DNA of 64,000 nt from Takakia lepidozioides (taxonomy: Eukaryota > Plantae > Bryophyta): contig CM060732.1 of the NCBI GenBank assembly GCA_030704615.1, positions 74,028,001 to 74,092,000 on the forward strand, in the 5' to 3' direction. Below are positions 11,801-22,573 of this stretch, piece after piece; the first letter of the stretch is position 1; each line of letters starts with the position of its first letter. Below the pieces are notes generated by a model. That model ran no database searches. It saw only the letters and a list, made by a program, of their open reading frames with translations, and was not told the origin of the DNA. The position numbers were made by a program, and so were the translations under genes.

Positions 11801-13425
11801 AACTATTTATGTAGTTAAGCTATGACTACACAAACCTGCACTGAAAAAAAAATGCACATAGAGATATCACACAGAAGTTCAGCTGAAGAAGTTTAGGGGC
11901 ATGACATTACTCCAAGCGCCGCAGGATTAGTCTTGTTATTGAAATTTTGATGGATATTTGTCTGCTGTCCGCCTGATCCTGCAGTGCAAACAGTCCTCTC
12001 TGGATGAGAGACACTTGCCAAGTAAACTTGTCGAGTAGATGTGTTGAGAAATTAATGGTTCTCAGAGCAGCTTCACTTTCACAGGATGTCATTGGAGCCA
12101 TGGACCCTTGAGGCTGTCCATTATCTGGGTCTTAAGATGCATCTTGGGGAGGAAGGATGAACTCCATTATCTCATCACCTGTAGGCTCAATGTATGGAAA
12201 GTTGAAGTCGAATCCTCAAAGTGCAGATATTCATGAGCATCCATATTTGGCAGTACACCCAAAGCTTGTGAAACCACTGCTAATCAACTGAATAGATTAG
12301 TAATTATTGGAATATTAACACTCAAATAATAGGTAATTGGTGTATTGGGAGCATGAAGATCAGTAGCTCCAAATACACCAACTTGCCCCCTTGAGTTCTT
12401 TGTTTGTCGCATGGACATATCCTTATGCAGTTTATAAAACGTAACATTTATCCAGGGTCATTTAGCAGAGGACAGAAAGGAAAGGGAGTGGTGGAAGTAG
12501 AAATTTCTCGTAACACATCTCTGTATTATTTCTCATTGTGAAATACTCGGAAGTAGAAGCATATATAGTGAAAATAACTCTTTTAGAGGTAACATTTGTC
12601 CTGGTTCGACTGTATCTAGTAATAAGATAGTGTAGCGTTCTATTTGAGAAGATAAACTGGATTGATATGGGATGATGAGGGTGGAGCAGGCCTGGCTAGC
12701 TTTGCTTGAAAATGCACAAGCAGCAGTGGATCAGGAGGAGATTACACGAAATCAGGAGGCTCACCATCGGTATTTGATGTGGCGGGCTACCAAGGTTACA
12801 CCACCTCCCATTGATGTAATCAGTCATGATTGCCTCTCCATACGTACAAGATCATCTCAACAGTGAACGTTGTCTAGTCCAGCCTTAAAGGCGCATGAGG
12901 GCAATCTCCTTCTGACTGGTTCGGTGGTACTATGCATCGGTCCAGGATCCAGGGCGAAATATTCTACTGCGGCTTTTTGGGGAGCGCCTATGCGAGGTTT
13001 GCCTCATCCTTCATTGAGTATGGAGCTGTTGTGTGGCTAATTTGAGAACTTTATCTCCATGAGCATGCTATCAATGGCCATCCTGGAAGCATCACCCACA
13101 ATAGAAAGACAACTAGCAGTTAGATATTCTTCGGGAAATGATTTCCTAAATAGGCACTGACGTGGAATTGACCTGCGATTTGCAGAGGTACATAAACGAA
13201 TTTTTGTTCAATGGGGTAACCACTCTAGGCACAAAAAACTTTCTGGATTACTTTCCTGAGTACAGGGGACCAGACGGAAGTATATCCAAGCAGCAGAGCA
13301 TGGTGGGCAAGTCCTATGCACAGCGTCCCTGGGATGAAAAGGGCCTCTTCATCCTTAATGCTAAGGATGAAGAGAACAGCGACCAACTCCCTTCTCCACT
13401 CAAACCTCCACCAAGCATGCTTTAG
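8836..13425 (+). CDS. HY2: Ferredoxin-dependent bilin reductase, HY2 (phytochromobilin synthase) lineage. Exons 8836-9468, 9892-10011, 10417-10511, 11103-11196, 11576-11707, 12690-12794, 12946-12996, 13186-13425 (~489 aa if the first ATG is used; true start uncertain).
   Basis: All seven introns are GT-AG and phases add up. Peptides ARPEYDLPIFCADFF, DLNP...YRDKYY, LPWGDKLTAESLQFFSP, HRYLMWRATK|DPG and FLFNGV..LGTKNFLDYFPEY...SMVGKSY..RPWD match HY2, including its C-terminal extension. Confidence 0.93.
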
Positions 13426-13740
13426 TGAAACTCACAACCTGAACCTGGATAAATTGAATGTCTGAGAACAATGACAGAAGCTCATTCGTTCATGCCAGCA
13501 GAAGCCTGCAGCAGAGTATCCGTTGTTTTGAATGTCAACATGGAAGGCTTTAGACGGTTAAGTTTTCTTCCTTCTGGAGACGATTTCCCAGTTTGGTGGC
13601 TGCACCAGGACCAAATTTTGGGTGGTAGAGAGGTTATTTGAAGACGTGCAAGTTGAAATTGCTTTTCGGACAGTAGTGTTGTCCACAAGGATCTCCTTCT
13701 CTGGACTCTTGTTTGGAATGTATATTGTTGAGGCGTAGTT

Positions 13741-15038
13741 TCAAGGTTTGCCCATGATGAAGAGCAGTGGAATGGAATGGAATGGCAGGCCTTGAGGGAA
13801 CCATTTGCAGTCATGTAAAAGTCCCAAGCCTCTGCCGGTGTTTAGGCCCCATGCTAGGAAAATGGATTTCAGCACCTTAGTAATGGCTTACATCTGCACT
13901 TTTTGAGTAATGACTAAAACCTAGAGCACTGCAGTTTCGCAAGAGCTCTGCACGCATATGCCATGACTCTTAACAGTGGCAGTTCCTAATATTACCAAGA
14001 AGCAACAATGGCGTCTTAGTGAACCATTGAGAAAGCATTTAACAGGCTTGCAGTTGCTACAACAGAGAAACTTGAAACGCAATAGGTGTCTTTGCATCCT
14101 CAAGTCAAAAGTTTGCATGCCATTAATCTTGAGAATGGTTGGGACTGGGACATCAATCTGGGAGGTTTTGCACACGTTGGGGTAATGGATCAAAGCCCTC
14201 AGCTATTTCAAGAAATTCATTGCATGCAGCGGCGAGTTTCAAGTAGAGAATTACCCTGAAACTGAAGTGTAAAAAAACACAAGTGGAAACCAGAAGGCAA
14301 ACAACATAGGAATGGCAAACAACGCCCAGGAAACGCAAGGGCCGAGGACAAGAAAAACAGTGGGAAGGAGACTAGATCTGCAACACCAAGTGACTGATAA
14401 CCAACTCAAAATCTCAATTGAGCCTTCAACTTAGGAGTCTCTAGTCCTATGATGTCACCAATTGACCTCCATATCCTCCCCAACAGATGAATACCCACAG
14501 GTGAGTTACAGTAAACCAGGCTGAGACGGTGCATTTTCCACTATATTACCAATATGCACCATTGTTTTAGGGGAGAGGTGAATTGTGGGATTTTGCTAAT
14601 GAAGATACCTTTGACCATTTTTAATTGTTTTCTTATATGCGAAGGGAGTGATTTAGTGCACACACACTACATAACACTATGAGGTATGTTATATAAGCTA
14701 ATCTCTAGAACTTGTGTTGTACAAGTTATGGGCTCTATGATGAAGTTTTTTGCAAACCTAAATCGTGGTAAGTTTGACTTGCTAGAGAGATGGTATTGGG
14801 AAAAACTATGACATTCTACCTATGTCTGTGGCAATGCGAAGATGGGAGGTAAACCCGTATCTAATCATATACAGTCACACCACCACACACCCCAATCACC
14901 TCTATGGAAATGATCTTAACTCTTAGAGCCGGATTAAGAAATAATGTCTTTCTTTGAAGGTTGTTGTTGTCTATAATCGGATCTTATCTAACATAAACAG
15001 ATCTTTTTTTGTTAAGACATCAACACAAGACAAGCCCT
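13741..15038 (+). repeat. Copy A of a ~1.3 kb non-coding segment duplicated in inverted orientation at 36840-38091
   Basis: Colinear reverse-complement similarity throughout, e.g. tcaaggtttgcccatgatgaagagca vs tgctcttcatcatgggcaaaccttga, and agacaagccct vs agggcttgtct at the far ends. Confidence 0.9.
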
Positions 15039-15598
15039 CAACATAGCTACGGTGTGAGCCCAACCCCATGAGCCTGTGAGCTGAGGTCACACTTTTGGGA
15101 CTTAGCGTGAGCGTAGGCTCACACTTGCTAAGCGTGAGCACATGCCACGCGTGTGGAGGAGGCCCTATAGCCGAGGATGGGACAAAGAGGTCTATTTCCA
15201 TGGAAACCACGGTTACAAGCCCAATCCACTACTCTAGAGATGGCCAAGTGGATGTAGAAAGTGAGGACAGACAAGCATGACATATTTGAAACGTAGAATG
15301 ACTTCATGCATTGACTTAAATTCAAATTACAATGAGTTCGACGATATGCAATCGATTGCACCCAAAAATGACCGTGTGAAAGACATATTGAAATGTTCCA
15401 ATGTGGCCTACTTGTAGTACTGAACATTCCTGATAAGTACTAAGGCCCCCAAGCTATAGGGACATGATCCCCAAGAGTACAAAAACAAGCGCATCAATAG
15501 GTTGGTGAGTTGTCCCGTTGCAGAAGAGTATCCACTTCACAGAATCCAAGCGTGGCCTGGTGAATGAACTGGTCTATTTTGGGGTCGCAGTACATCCT

Positions 15599-16982
15599 CT
15601 ACAGATATATGTAGTAGAGATGCTTGCAGGGGACCCATTTCCCTCTCTTTCCGATACTGCCCTCACGCATGGTTACAAAATCTGGACATGTGCAATTAGG
15701 AAAATTCCCCACCATAACCTGATATGCTTTGTCATGAACAAAAGACCCTGAAGTGACCAATGTGTACACCTGACCATGGCCCAAGGCTGGGACTTCCATG
15801 ATACCTGTCACTTGCGCCTGCATAATTCTTGCTTCATCTTGCAATCGTGATCTACACCTGAAGGGGTACAGCAAACGGTTTTCCCATTTCTCTTGGTTGG
15901 ATGTGAATCCCCATCGGCAGGCGGCATTCGACGAACAGAAGAGGAATTCTTGCCTGGGGCAGCTACAGTAACCACCACAGACCGTGCAAGACGAAACCCA
16001 GCGTCCTCCAACATGCTAATTTCTTTGGATGAGATAGAGGTTCCAAGTTTCACCGGCTTAATGTCGGGTGGGGGGGGCTTCATTATGACAAAGGGCCGGA
16101 CTGTTCTCTTGACACACCGCACCACATCGTCTGGGAAAAACCAAAACTTGTGATTCTTCGATTTTCCAGTTCCATACGATCGGAACAGCCATGTGAATGT
16201 GGGAGGCGCAGGAGCCCCCTAGAGCCTATCGCTATTTTTGAGGTGCATTTGACAAATGATGTTGCGCAAAGCGCTGTGCATCCCACTCTAGAACCGACAG
16301 CAGTGCGCTCCATATGCCACTCAGGGTCACTGCATTGAGACTCCTGCACCAAGAACACCGCCTCATCCAGCAGCAAAGGTGGTAGCACATGACTTCCCGT
16401 GTAATGGAGAGACCATGGAGACATAGAAGTTTACTTTGTCGCTTGGGTAGTGGGAATCTACATCCGAACCCAGAGGCGTGTTGACCTTCATTTTGCAAGA
16501 TCCAAATCTCTCCTCACCTTCCAGATGGGGAACCCTCGATTGCAAAAGGGAACCCCCAGTGCACCGTTCAGAGCCTTCGCCATCTTTGCAGGGTCCCCGG
16601 ACCTGGTCGCAGCCCTTAGCATCAATTCCGTGGTATCAGGGCCCTTGTCTCCACATCATCCCCTCAGGAAATTCCGTTATCTAGTTTGTTGTGAAAGACT
16701 TGTACCATGTCATCTGCAGTGGCAACATACAAGTCACGTCCACTGACTTAGCACCAAGGGGACAAAATGCCCAGCTACAAAGGACAAGGCAACGACTATA
16801 GAGGAATTGACAACAATACAAGATGGGGCAAGTTTGTAGAGAGGGCAACATGAATTCACGCACCTGCAGTGGCCAATGCAAACTGTTCTGCGAAATTTCA
16901 AACCAATATTATTGTGGATGTTGGAAGTCATATACAGAGTTGCACGCATACCTTGGGTGTTTTTTTGTGGCCACTCCCCCAT
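15599..16982 (-). mobile_element. Degenerate SWIM zinc-finger protein, probably a MULE-related transposase remnant
   Basis: Fragmented ORFs including YQVMVGNFPNCTCPDF...WVPCKHLYYIY (CxC...CxH SWIM) and an upstream Cys-rich KFRRTVCIGHCRCVNSCCP. Structured terminus with poly-C near 17530. Confidence 0.6.
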
Positions 16983-18433
16983 GCCTCAGCATCCTTTGAC
17001 ATCGTCGCCTCCGTTGGTGTCGTATCCTTTCCGGGCTCTTTCAGTTCGACCTCCATTTCGTTTGTGAAAGTCATACCAAGTGCATGTGTTTCATGACCTA
17101 CAAAGTACCCCCTGCTTTGACCAAGCTCCCTGGGCTAAGTTCTTGGCCAATTGGCCTAATTCTTTCATAGATAGGTGCAGCACCTCACATACATGAAACC
17201 CTCTGTCCACCCACCGGCCTCAACGGTTTCCAACCCGACACTCAAATCTTCAAATTTCCCATTTTATGGAAAAAAACAAAAAAAACTTGGCGCTTGGCCC
17301 AAAATCAGGCCCCACCTGCAACGGTGGCATTTTTGCAGATGTAGTCTGATTGGCCCAAAAATTGGCATATAGGTGCAAGGGGTAGGTGGCCACAAATTCT
17401 CAGGTCAAAAATTCCAAAATTGAAAAATCGAAATTTACATTGATTTTCCTGGCAGGGGGGTCATTTTTTTGGGCAAAAAGTCAAAGTACCCTGGCGGCAG
17501 GCATTTAAGGACCATCTCGGCAAGTTTACCCCCCCCCCCCCCCCCACCAAGTGGATCTGATCATGGGTTGTATATATTATTAAGCAATGAGAGAAGTGGA
17601 AATGGTAGATTTGTACACGATGTGTCACCTGTCTTTGCGTAGTCATTGCATCGCATGAACGTTGTAAGTTGTGAGCAAGGTTCAGTCAGACAGAGTACTG
17701 AATATGTAGAAATAGCTCAGAAATGACGGCCTTGAGAGTGCATGACAGACAGGTTTAGAACATGATTAAAATCAACCACTAAGGTGTAATGAGTGCAAGT
17801 ATCTAGACAGCAACGGCGAACTGTAAATCATCGCTGTGGGCTGAGATTGGTACAATACAGAGTCATGAGGACTGCCTGCAGTGAAATCTAGGGAAGGGTT
17901 GATCAGGTTAACACCGTTGAACATGGTGTAGCTCAGTGAGGGATGGCATGGCAAAGTGCAGGAGCTTGGACGCGTGGCCTACAAGGAATGGTATCTTGCG
18001 TAATCATGCACAAATGAACAGGGAGTCACTTAGGGGATGAAGCATGTGTTAAGTGGAAGTCGGATATGGCCACCCATGTCGTTTTCTCTTCTGCTGCAGC
18101 GGCATAATACGGTCGCATTGGACTGACGGGGGAGTGGCCCTGTTTAGTTCTCGTGGTGGGAAGAGTAGACTCCCAATTTGACCTTATAAGATCAAAGTCG
18201 AGAACTCTGGGGATTCTCAATTCATCACTAGCCTTCCATCCAAAACACTAGGGTAAGTTGGCCTATGATCGAACAGGCATCTATGACCAATCCTCTATGA
18301 CTCAACAGTACAGAAATACACTCAACAGTACATCATGGTCAACACTCTCAGGAAATGGTGGATGATGGTCTGAGTAGTTACACAGATCAATGAATGAAGC
18401 AAGACACTCGCATCTTTCCAAGAAAACATCCTT

Positions 18434-21400
18434 TCACCAGTAATCCCCACAAGAACAAATCCCATCTTCAAAGTGGTGAAAGCGGTTAGCGTCCCGTACA
18501 ACAATTGCTCGACCAACAATCTTTGAGATGAATTTGGTGGTGGTGTGGCAGTCACCACACACTCGAAGATTCTTGATGAGACGGAGAGGCGTCCTAGGGC
18601 TGGTGCTGATCAGCCCAAAACCAATGGCCAGCTTCTCGCTGTGGTGGCAAAGAGAAAATTCCTTTTCCTCCTCCCCCACATCATGCAATACAAAGCGCGT
18701 GTCAGGCACATACCCCGCCTCCTTCATCTGCCCAGACAATCTTCTCAGCTCAGCATGGATTTCCTTAATTCTGGGATGCAACTTGTCATCTACAACGAAG
18801 GTGTGCACCCTGTTGCCAACCTCAATGCAGCAACGACCTGGCTCCTTTTTAACCCCTCTGACCTTCATCATTCTTCTCACCTTTGCAGTATCATCCCACC
18901 TGCCAGCTGCAGCATAGATGTTTGATAGCAACACATAAGTCGCGGCATCCTGTTCATCCCACTTGAGGATAGATGTTGCCGCACGTTCAGCCACCTCCAC
19001 ATTGCCATGGATTCTGCAGGCACCAAGCAAGGCCTTCCACACCACAACATCTGGATTGCTTGGCATTTTATTAATCAGGTCCACTGCCTCATCCAGTTGT
19101 CCCGCACGTCCAAGAAGGTCCACCATGCAGCCAAAGTGCTTTACTGTCGGAGTGACACCATGATCTTGACTCAGGGAATCAAAGTACCATCTTCCTTCAT
19201 TCAGTAGGCCAGTGTGGCTGCATGCAGAGAGAACACATATAAAGGTGATACTGTCCGGCTTCAAGCCGTTCTTTTGCATTCCTTCAAATAGTTGCTGGAC
19301 CTCCCTATGACAACCATGCTGGGCATATCCTGCGATCATCGCGTTCCACGACACCACATTTCGTTCAGCCATATTGTCAAATACTCCCTTTGCATCCTCA
19401 ATGCACCCACATTTCGCATACATGTCCACCAGGGCAGTGTTTAGAATCACATCTGGTACAATTCCAGCTTTGGCGATGCAACCATGGACCTCTTTGCCCT
19501 TTTCCAGGGCTGCCAGGCTTGCACAGGCATTGCAAACACACACAAACGTGATGTGGTTGCACTGCACCCCTGCCCCCATCATTTGCTCATAGGTCTCCAA
19601 GGCCTCCATCCCGCGCCCCTGATGTGCATATCCTGCAAGCATGGCATTCCATGACACCAAATCTCGTTCAGCCATATTGTTGAACACTCGCTCCGCATCC
19701 TCAATGCTCCCACATTTGGCATACATGTCCACGAGGGTATTGTTCAGAATCACATCTGGTACAATTCCAGCTTTGGCGATGCAACCATGCACCTCTTTGC
19801 CCTTTTCCAGGGCTGCCAGGCTTGCACACGCACTGCAAACGCACACAAACGTGATGTGGTCGGGCTTCACCCCTTCCCCCATCATTTGCTCATAGGTCTC
19901 CAAAGCCTCCATCCCCCGCCCCTGCTGTGCATACCCTGCAAGCATCGCGTTCCATGACACCACATCTCGTTCAGCCATAGTGTTGAACACTCCTTTCGCA
20001 TCCTCAATGCTCCCACATTTCGCATACATGTCCACCATGGCAGTGTTCAGGATCACATCTGGTACAATTGCAGATTTGATGATGTCACCATGGATCTCTT
20101 TGCTCTTTTCCAGGGCTGCCAGGCTCGCACTGCACGCATTGCAAACGCACACAAAAGTTATGTGGTTGGGCTTCACCCCTTCACCCATCATTTGATCATA
20201 GGTCTCCAAAGCCTCCATCCCCCGCCCCTGCTGTGCATATCCTGCAATCATCGCACTCCACGACACCACATCTCGTTCAGCCATACTGTCGAACACTCCT
20301 TTTGCATCCTCGATGCACCCACATTTGGCATACATGTCCACCAGGGCAGTGTTCAGAATGACATCGGGTACAATTCCAGATTTGACGATGTCGCCATGGA
20401 CCTCTTTGCTCTTTTCCAGGGCTGCCAGACTTGCACATGCATTGCAAATGCATACAAACGTGATGTGGTCGGGCTTCACCCCTTCCCCCATCATTTGATC
20501 GTAGGTCTCCAAAGCCTCAATCCCGCGTCCCTGCTGTGCATACCCTGCAAGCATTGCGTTCCACGACACCAAATCTCGTTCAGCCATATTGTTGAATACT
20601 CCCTCCGCATCCTCAATGCTCCCACATTTCGCATACATGTCCACCAGGGCAGTATTCAGAATCACATCTGGTACAATTCCAGCTTTGGCGATGCAACCAT
20701 GCACCTCTTTGCCCTTTTCCAGGGCTGCCAGGCTTGCACATGCATTGCAAACGCATACAAACGTGATGTGGTCGGGCTTCACCCCTTCCCCCATCATTTG
20801 CTCATAGGTCTCCAAAGCCTCCATCCCGCGCCCCTGCTGTGCATACCCTGCAAGCATCGCGTTCCACGACACTGCATCTCGTTCAGCCATAATGTTGAAA
20901 ACTCCTTTCGCATCCTCAATGCACTGACATTTGGCATACATGTCCACCAGGGCAGTGTTCAGAATGACATCGGGTACAATTCCAGATTTGACGATGTCAC
21001 CATGGATCTCTTTGCCCTTTTCCAGGGCTGCCAGGCTCGCACATGCATTGCAAACGCATACAAATGTGATGTGGTCGGGCGTCACCCCTTCCCCCATCAT
21101 TTGATCATAGGTCTCCAAGGCCTCCATAGCACGTCCCTGCTGTGCATACCCTGCAAGCATCGCGTTCCACGACATCACATCTCGTTCAGCCATGGTGTTG
21201 AAAACTCCCTTCGCACCCTTAATGCACCCACATTTGGCATACATGTCCACCAGGGCAGTGTTCAGAATGACATCGGGTACAATTCCAGATTGGATGATGT
21301 TGCCATGGACCTCTTTGCTCTTTTTCAGGGCAGCCAGGCTTGCACACGCATTGCAAATGCAAACAAACGTTATGTGGTTGGGCTTCACCCCTTCGCACAT

Positions 21401-22573
21401 CATTTGCTCATAGGTCTCCAAAGCCTCCATCCCGCGCCCTTGCTGTGCATATCCTGCAATCATTGCACTCCACGACACCACGTCTCGTTCAGCCATACTG
21501 TCGAACACTCCCTTTGCATCCTCGATGCACCCACATTTGGCATACATGTCCACCAGGGCAGTGTTCAGAATGACATCGGGTACAATTCCAGATCTGACGA
21601 TGTCACCATGGACCTCTTTGCCCTTTTCCATGGCTGCCAGGCTTGCACACGCATTGCAAATGCAAACAAACGTTATGTGGTTGGGCTTCACCCCTTCGCA
21701 CATCATTTGCTCATAGGTCTCCAAAGCCTCCATCCCACGTCCCTGCTGTGCATATCCTGCAATCATCGCACTCCAAGACACCACATCTTGTTCAGCCATA
21801 CTGTCGAACACTCCCTTTGCATCCTCGATGCACCCACATTTTGCATACATGTCCACCAGGGCAGTGTTCAGAATGACATCTGGTACAATTCCAGCTTTGA
21901 TGATCTCACCATGGACCTTTTTCCCCTTTTCCAGAGCTCCCAGGCTTGCACACGCATTGCAAACACAAACAAACGTGATGTGGTTGGGCTTCACCCCTTC
22001 GTGCAGCATTTGCTCATAGGTCTCCAAAGCATTCCTACCAGACCCATGCTTGGTAAATCCTGCCAACATTATATTCCACGTGATCAAAGATCGTTGAGGC
22101 ATTCTGTTGAACACTTGGTGAGCATCCATGATGCTCCCGCACTTAACATACATGTTGACAAGGGTGTTGAGTAGAAAAACATTTGGGGTGAATCCACTTT
22201 GGATAATGTGAGTGTGCACCTGCTTTCCAGCTTCCAGGCTTTTCATTTTGATGCACTTATGCAAGAGACAGACATACGTATCTGAATCTGCTGCAATGCC
22301 TCCTTGGTTTAAAGTCTGTAGAGCCTCTTTCAGTCTGCCTCCCTCACAAAGCATCTTCACATGCCCAGAAGTGCCAGAAGAGCCATTGTGGACTCCCTCT
22401 CTTGATCCTCTTCCAGAAGCTGTGGTCATGGTTGAGGTGCCTGCTTTTATGACCAGTGCCGCTGCAGCTGCTGCCTTTAGTTGACCATCTACCCATGCAG
22501 GTTTCTTGTAGCTATTGATCCACAGGGAATCATAGGTAATCTTGTGCTTGAAATCTGGCCCTCTTGGATGAAT
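18434..22573 (-). CDS. Terminal exon (1379 aa) of a PLS-class PPR-E1-E2-DYW C-to-U editing factor. Begins with the second half of a PDF motif.
   Basis: L-S, 9 x P-L-S, P2-L2-S2, E1, E2, then a DYW domain with HSEKLA, CGDCH and terminal DYW. Acceptor ...gggtccag|ATT at 22574/22573. Confidence 0.96.
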   Translation of the reverse strand: MHPRGPDFKHKITYDSLWINSYKKPAWVDGQLKAAAAAALVIKAGTSTMTTASGRGSREGVHNGSSGTSGHVKMLCEGGRLKEALQTLNQGGIAADSDTYVCLLHKCIKMKSLEAGKQVHTHIIQSGFTPNVFLLNTLVNMYVKCGSIMDAHQVFNRMPQRSLITWNIMLAGFTKHGSGRNALETYEQMLHEGVKPNHITFVCVCNACASLGALEKGKKVHGEIIKAGIVPDVILNTALVDMYAKCGCIEDAKGVFDSMAEQDVVSWSAMIAGYAQQGRGMEALETYEQMMCEGVKPNHITFVCICNACASLAAMEKGKEVHGDIVRSGIVPDVILNTALVDMYAKCGCIEDAKGVFDSMAERDVVSWSAMIAGYAQQGRGMEALETYEQMMCEGVKPNHITFVCICNACASLAALKKSKEVHGNIIQSGIVPDVILNTALVDMYAKCGCIKGAKGVFNTMAERDVMSWNAMLAGYAQQGRAMEALETYDQMMGEGVTPDHITFVCVCNACASLAALEKGKEIHGDIVKSGIVPDVILNTALVDMYAKCQCIEDAKGVFNIMAERDAVSWNAMLAGYAQQGRGMEALETYEQMMGEGVKPDHITFVCVCNACASLAALEKGKEVHGCIAKAGIVPDVILNTALVDMYAKCGSIEDAEGVFNNMAERDLVSWNAMLAGYAQQGRGIEALETYDQMMGEGVKPDHITFVCICNACASLAALEKSKEVHGDIVKSGIVPDVILNTALVDMYAKCGCIEDAKGVFDSMAERDVVSWSAMIAGYAQQGRGMEALETYDQMMGEGVKPNHITFVCVCNACSASLAALEKSKEIHGDIIKSAIVPDVILNTAMVDMYAKCGSIEDAKGVFNTMAERDVVSWNAMLAGYAQQGRGMEALETYEQMMGEGVKPDHITFVCVCSACASLAALEKGKEVHGCIAKAGIVPDVILNNTLVDMYAKCGSIEDAERVFNNMAERDLVSWNAMLAGYAHQGRGMEALETYEQMMGAGVQCNHITFVCVCNACASLAALEKGKEVHGCIAKAGIVPDVILNTALVDMYAKCGCIEDAKGVFDNMAERNVVSWNAMIAGYAQHGCHREVQQLFEGMQKNGLKPDSITFICVLSACSHTGLLNEGRWYFDSLSQDHGVTPTVKHFGCMVDLLGRAGQLDEAVDLINKMPSNPDVVVWKALLGACRIHGNVEVAERAATSILKWDEQDAATYVLLSNIYAAAGRWDDTAKVRRMMKVRGVKKEPGRCCIEVGNRVHTFVVDDKLHPRIKEIHAELRRLSGQMKEAGYVPDTRFVLHDVGEEEKEFSLCHHSEKLAIGFGLISTSPRTPLRLIKNLRVCGDCHTTTKFISKIVGRAIVVRDANRFHHFEDGICSCGDYW

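Noticed and set aside
8836-13425. PcyA, PebA/PUBS or PebB assignment
   Set aside because: The C-terminal LGTK.FLDYFPEY...RPWD extension and the exon structure match HY2.
18434-18845. U-to-C (DYW:KP-type) editing factor
   Set aside because: It has a PG-type start, HSE and terminal DYW, which fit the C-to-U class.
20090-22174. 694-aa plus-strand ORF and many short ORFs overlapping the PPR gene
   Set aside because: Antisense shadows of the 303-bp repeat; one stop-free unit is simply repeated.
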